From Ramazzottius varieornatus (Eukaryota; Animalia; Tardigrada), in NCBI GenBank assembly GCA_001949185.1, contig BDGG01000002.1, forward strand, positions 1,023,481-1,087,480: a DNA stretch of 64,000 nt, given 5' to 3'. The position numbers and the translations under genes were made by a program. Below the pieces are notes generated by a model. It was not told where the DNA came from. It saw nothing but the letters and a program-made list of their open reading frames with translations, and ran no database searches. Below, in pieces: positions 50,035 through 63,504 of the stretch. Position 1 is the stretch's first letter; each line of letters opens with the position of its first letter.

Positions 50035-53000
50035 TTATCGATAGGAACCCGAATGGTATCCTCCTGCTCCGTAGTTGGCCGGCGCAGACCCATAACCTTG
50101 CCCAGCACCGTCAGTTCTGGCCCAGGCATCCGCGTTGGCCGGGTGCTGCGGATTGTAAGTGGTGTAGTTACTGTTATCGAGTAGGCTTCCCTGTCCGTAG
50201 TTCCCGCTATACGAGTCTTGGTTCGTGTAGTAGCTTTGGGAGTTATCTTGGTAGTATCCACCTTGCTCATCGCTCGTACCATAGCTTTTCCGACTGTTAT
50301 CTGAAAACAACAAGAAGGCTGAAGAAGCTCAAACAGACTGATATCATTTGACAAGCATCGTGAGGAAGTTCCATCGTGTACCCGCATACCAGAGAAAGCG
50401 CGTATTAGCATCTGACCCATGCATGCAGGTGCCCGGTGTACGCCACCTGCATACATGGACCGTATGCCAAGTTACAAGTCCTTGCATGCAGGTACATGAG
50501 GCAGGTCAGCTCTGGAGTCTGGAATGGACTCGCGTTTTACCTGTATAGCCTAGAGCAGAAGAATATCCTGCGGATGAGGGCTGATTGCCGGCGTGCCAGC
50601 CGTTGACTTGGGCTTGTTCCGTAAGTGGAGGATCGGCCCAGGGTTGTTTCTCGCCGGATGCGAAGATGCCGTAGAATATGACACCGAGAATGTGGATCAC
50701 TGCCGCAATTATGAAGACCTTCTCCCATTCTTCGGCTGTCTGGAAACAAAACCCGTAGTCACTAACGACTGCGAAAATTATAGCAGTTTCGGTGGAGTGG
50801 GAAAGCCAGCCGAAAGTCTAATCATCATTACGGTTAGAGGGGATGGTTTACCTCGTGGGTGGTTAAGCTTTCCGTGACAATGGGACACATCATACCGGAA
50901 ATGGTCCCAACGCCGTTGGACAAACCCATTAGAATACTGGCGTAACGTGGGGCAATATCCAGGTGGTTCACGTTGAAGCCTACACAGCCAAAATGGACGT
51001 TCTTCAGTTCAACGGAACGTAACAAAAACGATTTGGGACTTTCGGCAAACGATTACGAAGCCTTTCGTCATCCAAAGTGGCGCACTAATCCATTGTTAAT
51101 GGATGGAAGAGTGCACCACTGGACAAGGCGTTCTTGTCGAGTTGTACTGTTTTTACAAAGTGGCGCACCCTTGCGGTGTTGTTAGCCGAGAGCGTGCACC
51201 GTTTCGGAAAACGATCCCGAATAATTCGTTCGCCGAGCTCGTACCTGATATTGCGAAGCCACTGCAGCCAACAGCGACGATCAATGCAACGATGGCCACA
51301 GCCTCCGTTCGCGAGTATGCCACGACCAGAAGAAAGATAGCTTCCCCTCCGAAACCTGCAATCAAGTATAAAAATCCGTAAGAGCGCAGCAAAAGACTGG
51401 AGACGAAGAGAAAGCGACAGCAGTCACCTCCGCAGTTGAAGACTTTTCGGACAGTGGTGGTACTCCAGTAGCGGCTACGCAGCCAGTCTGCCAGCATTCC
51501 TCCTACCGGCACAATCATCGACATGAGGAGATGCGGCAAGGCTCCCAAAGTTCCCGACTGCAATGGGAAGAGAGTTCATTAAATACGGATCGGGGTTTGA
51601 CGTATCTTACTTGGTTAAAGCAAGCGCCTTTTTTCGTTGGAAAAAATCATGCGCCTTCGTGTCGGAACTTCAATTTTCAGAATTAATCTTTCGTTTTGCA
51701 AACTTACGACGTCGACAACGTCATTGCGAAGCGTTGTAGTACGTCAGAGTTCCTGCATTAGTTCACCCCGCAACCCAGTACTGTTTTTCGCTGATTGACA
51801 ATGCCCTGACTTTGGAAGATATCTCTGGTCCTCGGCTGGGCTCAGCATACAGGAAAATATTCCGCCTCGGGCTGAGCTCGGAGCGAAATGCGAAAACAAC
51901 TCATTTCATTACTTTGTTAGTTCTTTGCACCTTCTGTTAGCTACAGAATATCTTATGAATTATGGGCCGTTACGGAGAGGAGAAACTGCAGCCATGGCTA
52001 GGAGTGTGGGAGTCGACTGACCGGTCAGAAAACTTCCGGGACTTCATCAAGAGCTTGGGCGTCTCCGCGGAAAAACACGGCAAGCTATCCAGGACGTTTT
52101 TGACTTATCGAAGGGAGGGCGATGATTATTATGCCGAGACCTTTGTTCCGGGCATCACCTTTACCCAGTCCCTTCCGTTTCACTTCGGACAGGAAGGCAG
52201 TGGCAAACGATTTGGGACTTCCATGAAGGTAAGCCGCCCTTCTGCTCTATATCGGTGGCTGCATTGCTTGACATGCAGTCATCCACCCGCGGCAGTTTTG
52301 ACTTATTCCAAGTTTAGCAGAGAAACAGAAGCTAGCGAACGGTGAAAACACGACAAGAGCGCTTTTTCAAGCGGCGTACGCTCCCAACCAATAACACCGA
52401 AATCGCGCGCCACCTGGGAGGAGAACCAATCTCGGACGACGGTAGTTTCAAGTGGGGGACGATCTCGATCAGTAACGCTGGCATTGTGCGCCGCTTGGGA
52501 ATCACTCGTGGCAATTTTGTTTGCGAGCTCCACAATCACGAAACGCTTTTCGTTGTCGGTTGCATGTAGTACACATTCCGCGAAAAAGGACCGGAAATGC
52601 ACTGCGAGGTCGAACTGCCGGAACTGAATCAAAAGTTCAACGAATGGTGCAAAGTCGAAGACGGGGAACTCGTCAAGGTATGGTTAATCCCTAATTTGAG
52701 ACGCCAGAGTTGCCTCCTGTTTCTACATCCCTAGGTGTTCGAGGGAGACTGCGTCACTGCGAAACGGTGGTACACTCGGACCTCTGGCCTGCCATCTAGC
52801 TAAAAGTCTTTCACCGAGTGCGGATTATTTGCGGAACCTTTCGGGTCCCAAGTGAAGATACAAGATCAATCAAAATCTGAAGCTCATCGCACCAAATCTT
52901 TTAGACCGCCACCCCGTCAGGAATGGGTAATTTGGAGGCAAAAGTTATTGATGCATCAAGGTGTCTGGTTCCGACTCCTGCAGTAGTAAAGGACGTACGA

Positions 53001-56000
53001 GTCATTTGTGATTGTCGTGCGTTTTATCTCCATGTCCCTACCGTCTATTACGCACTGAGAACATCTTTCTACGTTTTACCTCAGTGATTTCATAGCCGAA
53101 GACGTGGCTAAAATATTTGGGCTGGCTAATCAGCAGCAGGTAGAAGGTCCAGCTGCGGCAGAAGTTGGCGACAATGATTGCCCAAACCGGCATGGAAGTC
53201 AGGAACTTTTTCCAGGGAGTCATGGCGAACGTCTGTAAGGAAACCCCACAGCGGTAAATGTTTCCGATAGGACTTAGTCCCTACCTAATTGTAGGAAATG
53301 TCATGAGCGGAATTTAAACAGTACCATGATAATGGCGTTCTGAGCTCCCTGTGCTTCGCCGATGCTTTCTTCAATGTAAATACGTTCGGCTTGTGGAATG
53401 GTCGGATGTGTCGAGGGCTTATCGAAGACGAAAAAGTGCCATAGAACGTACCACGTCGCTCCCATCACACCTAACCGGCAGAAGAAAACCCAAAAGTAGT
53501 CAGCATAACAATTGCCAGCTGCTGGCCAAACAAACTCGACCAGATTAGTTTACCAAGTAGCGCACCTTCCCATTAGTACTGGCTGAAATCGTGCGCCACT
53601 TGGGACACAAATTACCGTAGACGTAGAAGCTAGCTTGCCAGCCGATGTATTCCGTCAGGAAGCCAGACAGCGGGAGTCCAAGCACGGCTCCCGCGTAAGA
53701 TCCGCAAAACGCGATGGTGGCCAAACGACTGCGCTCGAGCGGAGGCGCCCAATTGCGCCAGATACCGTGACATGCAGGGTATGTCACTCCCTACAACGAA
53801 ATCACAGCTTCTTAAGTACAATGCCCTTTCCCTGTTCATCCATGAGGAACCCTCCCTCGACCTCGCTCAAAAGCTATAGTTAACAATAAATCCTCTCCCA
53901 AGTGACGCAGAATTTTAGCTAATAACACCGAAAACGTGCGCCGCTTGGGAAGACAACGAGACCGTTTTTTCTTAACAACTTAACAATACCGTTTTTTCAT
54001 GCAGCGCACGTCTTCAGCAAATGCCAGTCAGAACGTGCGCCACTTCGAATAAGTTGTTCTCTTGTCAAGTTCGAATGCGAGCTTCCATTTTCAATTCTTT
54101 TTGATTGGATATTTCCTTGTTGATTGATCATAAATTTAACGTGTTTACAGCCGCACCTCAACCAAGCCTTGAAGGACTTTGATAACCATGACCACGCCAA
54201 AGTGCATCTTGGCGGCAGCGGGAATGAACAAGTTCATCACTGACGACATCAAGATGGCCACACCAAAGACCCTGTCAAACGTTCAAAAGACAGAATGAAT
54301 AGACTGCAATTTCCACACCTTAGATCCACAGGCAGATGAAGACCTACAGAAGCAGGGTACGCAAAGTTTTAAATAATGGTGTTGTACCTGGTGGCCGGAT
54401 ATTTGGAAGCCAAGTAACCGCCGGGTATCTGAGTTATCAGATAGCCCCAGAAGAAAGAGCTCTCCACTATTCCTGTCGTCCTGGCATCCCAGTCAAACTC
54501 TGGCTCGAACTTAACACCGGTAACCTATAAAGAACGGCTTGTGGGATTATTCGGAATGTGATCTATCTTACTGAGGGAGTGCGCCACTTGGGGGAACAGT
54601 CAGACGCTCCAAGATCGATTTTCCGACCGGCGCGCGCTTGCAGGCAGAAGCAGGCATAAGCGCGCCACATCGGTGAACGATGTTGCCGAGCTTGCTTGCC
54701 GAGTACCCGAAAATTTTACTTCGAAGAAATATCATTCTAGAAATTTGTGGCGAATACAAAAAGTGACCAAGATGAATACGTACCGTTGGTATGGTCTTGT
54801 TGCTGACCATGGCGATAATGGCTACGCCCATGTTGCAGCGGATGCCGAAGAGGATGAGAAACCCCAGGCCGCTGAGAATGGCTACGGTGTAGCGCTTGGT
54901 AAGGTCGCAGGCCGGCTTGCAGAAGTTTGGACATTCTGGCTGGATCAGCAAGCGCTTCTGTTGTGCAATCTGCTCATCTGTCCAGAGGAGCGAAGGTCCC
55001 CGATATTCCAACGGCTCGTCACCTTCATATTCCGCATCTTTGAGGAGTGTCTTTTCATCCTGACCTTTCCCGAATATCCTACCCAAGGAACAGACCGTAA
55101 TCAACAACTCAGCCAGAAACCAATTATCCAGCTTAGTTTGTTCGTAAACAGTAATCAAGCCTCCTTTTTCCAAACAGAAAAATATATTTTTCTTCCTTTT
55201 GAGAACAAGTAACGATTGTTTCGCCCAATTTGTTTTTCCATGATTTCAGAAGCTGATTTGAATTATCTGATAGATAGTCCATCAAATTCGACGAGATCGT
55301 ACTCCCAAGTGGCGCACGCTCACCGACATTAACACTGGGGAACTGCGCCAACTGGAAAATCAATCAAAATCGGCAATATTGTTTTTCTAAGTTGCGCAAA
55401 TATTCGGCCATAGAATCACCAATGTGCTCCACCTGGAAAAACATGTCTGTGGTGGCCAAGCTCGTGACTACTGGAATACCTTGATAGTTTATACAGTTGC
55501 TTCTTGCTGCTCAAAAGCAGCGGCATGACTAGTGAAGACCCAGGCCGATAATGCTTGGGTTTCCGTATAATTCACTTTGGGTTGGGCGGCCAGCTGAATG
55601 AGCCGAAAGAAAAGTCGACAAAAGCAGCGAATAGATCATGTCAATTGCTTAAAGTCAAGCCATCAGGCAATGTGTGATTAATTAGATTCAAAATAGCATT
55701 TGGGTCTGGTGAAGAGAGGCCATGTAGCACTTGACAAAAGGCAGTAGTGGCGAACCCGTTGGCCGACTTGACTTTATCCCTGACTAACGTCGCTAACGCT
55801 CTCCAGCGCATTTCCCCCACTACAGTACGCTGTACGAGAAGAAGGGATAGATAAATGGGATGGAAAGCGAGGCAAAATAATATTGAATTAGCGTAAATGC
55901 ATTTCCGATCGATGCCGCCATGATCGCACTCTCACCCATAAGCCTCTAAAGATAGAAAAGTCCCCTGTCTGCTCTGACGTATGGATGGCACTCTGTAACG

Positions 56001-59000
56001 CAAATGTAGACTAATGTCACCTTGCTCTATTCATTAGGACTAATTAATTTGGGTGATGCTATAGGCATCCCTTGGATCCCCGTTTGGCTATAGGCACCCT
56101 GGCTCAATTCATTAATTCAAACATCCCTTGAATGCGGTATCACTAGGGACACCCTACTAAAGTCATTGTCCGCGAAATGCAGAAGCTGACCGGTAAAGCC
56201 ATCATTCCAAAAGACATCGCCAACGTTAGGACAAAGACTGACATCGAGGTGGACGGGATGAAGAAGGAGTCTGTTCAATTACAACCTTACGGGAGTTACT
56301 TATGTGGCCCATTGGTGTGTAGTATTATGGCAGAGGTCGTGCAGAACAGGAACCCAAGTGGATTACTGTTTGTGAAAGGACCTGAACAACGCGAATGGTT
56401 AGCCAGTGCAATTGAAACCGAACGTACTCGACGTGCGACCAACGCCGTGGCCGAAGACCGAAAAACCAGTGGACGATAGTGAAACCTCAACTGATTATTA
56501 CAGTAGATGAAGCTGTCGCAATTCGAGTCAGGCTTAGTAGCATGCTCGCCAATAGACCCAATGTGGGATGGAGCGCTTGATAAAAACCTGGTTTCTGCCT
56601 TTCAAGGATGGTTTCTGCCTCTCAGTAAAATTGATAAAAACCTGGTTTCTGGTCGTAACATAGTCAATTCAAATTGAAGCTTCCGTCATAGTCTGACGCA
56701 TGTTTTCCTCAAGATTGAGGTCCGTAAAGGTCGAAAATTGGAGACAAATGGCTGCTTTCCCACGGTACATCCATTAAAAAGCGCCAGCTTGCAAGCCAAT
56801 AGGTTTCGCGTCATCAAGACAGAAAAGGTTTGTTTTTTGCCAACCTCTGGCGCTGTCTTTCAGTTCAATGTTTGACTTTGAGAAATCACTTGTGGTGTCA
56901 TGTCGGGTTCGTGACTTGGGGAAGATCTTCTCGTCCTGATCAGGTCGGGTGTCTCTATTTACCAAACCGCCTCACGTTTCACTAATGTGTGACACAGCAC
57001 AAGCTCTTCTAGCATTGCTGTTCAAACAACTGACAAACTCTTCCTGTGACCTTAAGAGAAGAAAAATCTGGTCATCCTTCAGCTCTGATCACAGATACCT
57101 TCATTTCGAAACCTGATAAAGAAGACTATGGTATGTGCTTATGCGATCCTGAGATACGTTTCTTCTCGAACCGGTTTGCATGGGTCGGCTCAAGTCTTGA
57201 AAGCGCTATGACCAGACAAGTGTCAGTCGAATCAACACTTGGAAATTTAATAAGAGGCAATTTAAGTCGCGGGGACCTCCACGGATGCTCTTGGTTCCGC
57301 TTTGCCTCGTCCTGCCGTTTCAGGCTTCAGAAGCTAGCCTTGAGTGGAAGTAGCCTTGTTTGCTGAAGTAAATTTAGGGATGAGCAAAGAGGGCGCGGGT
57401 TGGCCGAGGAATGCATAGCTGATGGAAAAGCAGCGTCAGACCATTGTTTCAACCGGAAACGCCAACACACGGCAATAACATGCGGGACAATACGGGCGAC
57501 CCACACCCTGCCGTCCATTATTGACTTTGTGCCTTTTATCCACAACGCCCCAGTGACGTCACTGCGAGCTGTTTCAGCGAAAAAATTATGGTTATGTTCG
57601 CCCTGTCATGTCGCATTAATGAAAACAACCCTCTATTTCTTTTGATAAAAAATCCCAAAGCCATTCCCGGAAGTCGTGACCAATAATATAGTCTTGTGAT
57701 TGCGTAATGCGTGTCATTTCGAACATATGAAGTGACAAAAAATGGAAGCTCAGCGAACAAACCCGGCAAAATCTTTTACCCAAGTAGCGCACTATGCCAG
57801 CATCACTGGCTGGAAGCCTGCGTCACTCGAAAGACGATCTGGTCGAGTTTGTTTTCCCAAGTGGCGCACGCTCTGTGTGTTATTGCTGAAAGAGTGCCTG
57901 ACTTGGAAAAACCAATCCTGTCGACTTTGAGCAGCGCACCTGCACTGCGATATCAGCTAGAAGCACGAGTCACTTGGAAAAAAGTTTGAGAATTCAACCA
58001 AGAAAGAGCGCAAAGTAATTTTTCTGAAAGGAGATGGACGAGGATTTATATAATGGATGCATGAGCGATGACGGTCCATTTGGCGAACTTTATCTTCCCT
58101 CTATTATCTTGCGATATTGAATAGGGAAGGAGGACAACAGTAAGACCCACGAAGGGGGAATCCTAAGAGGATACAAAGTAGACTATTGTGGCGCAATGTG
58201 CGTGTAAGCTTGCTCTAAAATGAAAACATGGCTGCGCTCGAGTAGCTCCGACGAAATAGCATGCAGTGTTATGATGCGACGGGAGAAGCCGATCGAGGGA
58301 GAGAACAGCGATGTCGACTGGATATAATATTGAATGGGTGCTGCGATGGCACTCATCATCACACTTTTATCTACGTAAATAAGCATATCGTTGCCTCTTG
58401 ACTGCAGAAATCTTCCCTCTCCAACGTCAACATGGCGGATATGACTCGTCCTCGCAGCGAAACTGTCTAAACATTCTCAGCAATATTTTCAACCCATTGG
58501 ATTCCCCGGCGCCCACTGATCTTTGAGGACCTTTGGCATTTGGTCGAGGTTATGCTAAATTCAGTTCGAAGCAAGAATGACTCGGCTCTGTTCAGAATGG
58601 TTACGGTTAGGTTGATGAGATGTTGTCTGGAAGGGTTTAATACGGCTCAAGTCGTCGGAAATGAAAATGGAAGGAAAGGCCTAGCTAGAGGCTCAAAAGG
58701 TTATTCTTTTTGATTTGATGACACGCTCGCAGCCGTGATCTTTACGGCTTACGAACCTGCGAATGACATATCGAAATCCCAGAAAAAATGAATGCAATTT
58801 ATGCGTAAGTTTAGTAATCTTTTCCGTCACAGATATTGGTGAAATTGTTCCAGTGTAGGTTTAGTTCTAGGATCTAGATCCCTTTTCCAAGTGGCGCAGG
58901 TTCCCATCTAATAACAATGAACGAGTGCGCCACTCGACAGTACGATCTTGTGCTTTCCGCAGAAGCGCACGTGTCCATTATTGCTGACTGGTAGCGTGCG

Positions 59001-59742
59001 CCTTCTGGGAAAAACGATCTTGTGCATTCCCTTTTTCCACGTCCCAGCAACTTCCGCCGGTTTTATTGTCAGCGTTCATGACAGCAGCAGTACTTCTATA
59101 TGTTTAGCATTACAAGTTAACTTTGTCAGTTGAGTCAGCATCGATATTATCAACAGGAGCACACCTAAAGACAGACCCTTTCAGCATACAGCAAGGTACC
59201 AGCTTCCGCGCTTCCCGTCCCCGACAATTACCCTCTATAACCCACTAAATGCCGTGTGTAAGCAAGCCTGTACTCCGCGCCTCCGACCAACGCGCCGCAC
59301 TAACTGCGAATAATCGACAAAGCGGAAACAGGTAGTTTGCCTCAACAAGCAGCCAACCTATATTTCCATCACCCGTAGTTCCTCCCCCTTTCTCCTGCTT
59401 CCGCATTACACATTACAAAGTCGGAACTTGCTTATCTAGTCAACACCAAATGTTTGTCGCCGAAAGAAGACCTGAAGCATCGACACAACATTGTAGCCAT
59501 GCGTGACCTTTAGGATTAAGGTTTGGTGCAGCCAGAAAAGACAAAGCACGCCGAAGAAGTACACCAAATACTTCATCGAATATTCCGAAGGTTAATATGA
59601 CACGCAAGCTGATGTACCTTTTGAAGCGATACTTGGCCGTCGCACCGAGATCTTTCGAAGCATCGATGACTCGATCTTTGAAATTCCCTGATCGGCCAGG
59701 CTGTCTGCCGTACGACGAGTCTAGCTCCACAAAATCAGTCAT
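50035..59742 (-). CDS. VGlut: Vesicular glutamate transporter (SLC17A6-8 / eat-4 type)
   Basis: Exon 1 (59742-59618) splices in phase to 55078. Motifs [126 protein letters not shown] and [14 protein letters not shown]. Last exon ends HSGSYR* at 50035. Confidence 0.96.
51962..52803 (+). CDS. SAHS: SAHS-like (tardigrade secretory-abundant heat-soluble / FABP-fold) protein, 147 aa, no signal peptide, nested in a VGLUT intron
   Basis: Exons 51962-52228, 52570-52677 and 52735-52803 (phase 0, GT-AG). [49 protein letters not shown] and VTAKRWYTR resemble, from memory, SAHS motifs (WxGKWESTDRxENFDAFI.ALG ... VTAKRWYKK). Confidence 0.88.
56051..56479 (+). mobile_element. Internally deleted Mutator-like (MULE) fragment with Ulp1-protease-like tail
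   Basis: Putative TIR GGGTGATGCTATAGGCATCC with the repeat [37 protein letters not shown] resembles the MULE/ZSWIM3 N-terminal region and is fused to [12 protein letters not shown]...NRNP...[10 protein letters not shown] (Ulp1-like Q..DCG region). Confidence 0.5.
57775..57985. repeat. Three tandem units of the palindromic element (VGLUT intron 1)
   Basis: CCAAGTAGCGCAC.., CCAAGTGGCGCAC.. and GAGCAGCGCAC.., each followed by a right arm ~24-25 nt later. Confidence 0.8.
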
Positions 59743-61769
59743 GATGGGGGACAGAGCTCGACGAGATATTTCGAAGGTTCAGGTCGGGCAGATCAAGAGC
59801 ATATTCCACGATGGCATCATAACCAATGCATGTACGACTTTTCGAAAAACCCGCCACTACTCGTGTCAGCCCTTCACCGGAGTCAACAAGAAAAAATTCT
59901 TCATTTAGACTTCACATTCCATGCACAAAATCAAGCTTCAAGGAGAAAAAAGATCATAAATATGAAAAGTGAAAAGAAAGCTTAAAGGTGAGGGAGAGAC
60001 TCTGGTGATAGGGAAAAGGAGAAGAGCTCGCAGCCAGACGAAAGGGTTCGTGACACTCTATGATTAACACTGGCGGACAAAATACCCGAAGAAGAAGCAG
60101 GAAGCCACAGTATCAGAAAGCCAGCACTCGTACACTGGGCTCTTCGATTTATGGTTGAAAAGCGGCGCTAAGCGGGGTATGAAAAGAGGAAGGGAGGTCC
60201 AGAGATATTATGACGCGGGATGTGTCAGTGGGAAGCCAGTATGGCAGGCTCGGCTAGCTGTGAGGTCGGGAGTGGGGAGGAGGTTCATATCCATTATAAT
60301 GTAATGTACTAAGCTCTATTCCGATCTATGGACCCAAAAGCTGGAGCTTTGTCCGTACCAAAACATTAATGCGCAGGCATACTAAAAACTCCGGCTCGGC
60401 CATACGACGCACTATCGGGTACAAATTCATTCCGACAGGTTCGTGCCACTCCTTTCTTTCACTTCCTGTCAGCTGGCTCTATGGGCATGCATTCAATGGA
60501 CGGACTAGGCTATATGTAACTCTCTCATATCGCGTATCAAAAAATATGTCATTTGGGACCTTGCGTTGGAAGGGTTGAGTAAAAATCAAGGGACAATCAT
60601 CCATAAATTCAGTGTAAAGGTATCACGGTTTCTTCTCCGGTATTTTCTCTATGAGCTAACGGACAACGAAGCTTCCTAATTGCGGTCACCGGAGAAACGT
60701 TCTTGAAATCTTGAGTCTAGAAAAAGTCTAACGAAACATGTATAATAGGAAAATACTCCTGCTTTTTCACTCCTCTTTCAAGACTACCGATCACGACCAA
60801 CGGAAGAACACAGATAGTAAACTTTATCGTTTCAGGCAATTTTCTACGTTGTGATGCCCATCTCTTCTGCTAACTGTGGACCTGGTCTCTGGCACATCTC
60901 CACGTTTAACGCGCAATGTGCATCCGTTTGCTGTTTGGGAGGATTCTCTGGTTCCTCGCTGGTCGAGCATTTTCCGAAAGCACACTGTGATCCTACAAAA
61001 CTGGGGATTCACTCCGTCAAAGAACGCAACCCTGAAGGGAAAGATTCCTATTGCTCCCAGAGTTTCACAGTGCGTGCAAGACCTGCGGTCCTACAAAGGT
61101 TTAGCTTGTCATTGGGCCATATCATACCCGGCAAAGCCTTTGCATGAATGAGCCGCTGGCTTTGGGCAGCTGGAGTCACATAGCCCACATCCGGTTGGCA
61201 GATAAGAGCACCCAGATAAACACCCAAAAGCCCTAGCTTCCCCGTCGGCGAGAGCCTGTCTATTGCGCCTCCCTTACTATGGACTCTATATCTGAGGCTC
61301 TCATCATTAAAGCCCGCTGATATCGCCTGTCTGCCTTCGCTTCGACCACGGCAACAGTTTTCATGACAGTCAACGGCCATTTATCAATCATTTCCAAAAT
61401 GATATCGCAACATTATAGGGTGCGCGGGGGACTGTGTGTGGTATGGGAAAGTGAGTGCGCCCTTTATGGGCCGAGATGGCCAGTACGGCGTGGGATGCAA
61501 TGGGTAATCGGGGATGGGAAGGAAGAAATGATGAGCTGCTGCACTTTGTCTGATTACGCCACTTGTCTTTTCAATGTCTTTGCACAACAACGATAGTTCG
61601 CCCTTCCACAACCCACATCCGAAACTTCGCCCGCCATTTTTTTGTGTTTCCAGAAGGAAAACTCGAGAAATGCCTCTCTAGAAACAAAGCGTATTCATCA
61701 AGAACAAGGAAGATCAACAAAACCAAATTCGTTCTTGCATGTGGAAGCTCGGGAACGAACTCAACAAGA

Positions 61770-61920
61770 CTGCTTTCCCAAGCGGCGCACGCGTCAGACA
61801 ATTACACCTTGAGCGTGCGCCACTGGTACTGTACTTGTGAAAAGAATCTTGCCAAGTTTTCCAAGTGGCTCACTGGTTCGGTTTTGTTGACCAGAAGTGT
61901 GCGCCACTTGGAGAAGCGAT
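61770..61920. repeat. Two units of the palindromic element
   Basis: CCAAGCGGCGCAC...GTGCGCCACTGG and CCAAGTGGCTCAC...GTGCGCCACTTGG. Confidence 0.8.
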
Positions 61921-63504
61921 GTGCGGACATCCGCACAAGTTCCCGAAATCAGTTTCACAAATTATGAGGTGATATTCTTCAAGCCTTTTCTACCACAGGT
62001 CAACGAGTTCATTGAGTGGAACTTCCGCCTGAAATTTCAATGGAAAGAAGCGAAAACATCCCAGACGAGCGCAAAAAAGAGATTTGGATTCATCGAGGAA
62101 CGATATCTAACACCGCCAAAAAGTATCAGAACCATTCCCTGGAGTCTTTTTGCGAGCATCGGCTTCCACAGTAGATAACATGATGAAGACCTTTGGAACC
62201 TCGCTCATGGGCGAAGTCGTCTTCACGTGTGGACTTAAGGCTAAGCTAACGACTATGACAACCTGCTGTGATGGCCTTCCACCCGCTCCTTCCCGTAATT
62301 GTTTTCGCCCCTTGACATCGCCAGCGGTGGCCGGCACGCTGCGGGACCAGGAAATAATTTCCTCACATACACAACGACTCGGATTTCTCTTAGTTATTTC
62401 AAAATGCGGGAGTTCTTGAAATTTCTTCCGGGAGTCATTCGAAGTTACACTTCACGTGCTTTTCGACGCGAAAGAACTTCTGGCGCACGTTTTCGGTGTT
62501 ATTAACCAAGATCGCACGCCACTTGGAAAACAACGATCTCTTTCAAAACGGTTATCTTCCCCGGACGGAGCACGTTCCCGACGTCGTTGGCTGACAGCGT
62601 GCGCTAGTTGAAAACGATCTGGCCGAATTCATCCGGTCGGCGTCCCAATTTTGATTTTTCCCCCTTTGTATTACGGTATGATGGCTAGCTATCACATCGT
62701 TCACAAAATCAAAAAAGAATGACCGTGGAAGTGGAATGGTGTAAAACCAGGCCAGGTAAGCGACGTTTTACATGGAGCTCACCTTCAGTTCTTGATGAGA
62801 TTTCAGGAAAGCCGATGGCGGAAATGAGAGGTTCTTTTGTTGGCGCCGAGTGGTTGCTGACGGCGTATTAACTTCCTCCTGACTCACCGACTGTTTCTCT
62901 TGTTATACGCGAAAGCAAAGCACTCAGACGGTGATAAAATCATCGGTATTTTGTTTACGCTAGACATTTGGAGGCTTACCCACATACCGACTGTAACGGT
63001 AGACAAAGACGTCTCGCTAAGCCGCTCTAACTTGTTGTCCGATCAAGCGCCGTATGGAAGGCCGAGATGCCACCTCCGAAACGGAAGTGAGATTGTGTGA
63101 CTGGCTTGATTGTTTAACCACAAGGTAGCACTATCTAAAAGACCAAGAGGCCGCGGCAAGCTGGTAGTAGATCAATCAAAACAAACGTTACCGCGTTAAT
63201 TTACCCGCCCACGTGATACATTGATTCAAACCGGTAGTCCACGTTGGTGCGAGTAATGACGTCACCAAAATGGGTCATCTTTTGATCGTGTTGATTTCCT
63301 GGTTTATACAACGGAGATTTTCGTGCGAGATTTTATGGCCTACAAGGCTCCAACGACAAACAAGTTTGAAATGACTGACTAAGAGCTTATCGTACCTTCT
63401 ATTATCCGTATCAAGGAAGAAAGTCTTTTGCGATGGTGACAACAGGTCGCCCTCCAGATCGTCAACAGCTTAATCTTATCCTCCTTCTTGAATGACAACG
63501 CTGA

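Noticed and set aside
56577-56651. Direct repeat TTGATAAAAACCTGGTTTCTG x2 as a TSD or att site
   Set aside because: The copies are only ~54 bp apart with a partial third copy between them, which indicates a local slippage duplication.
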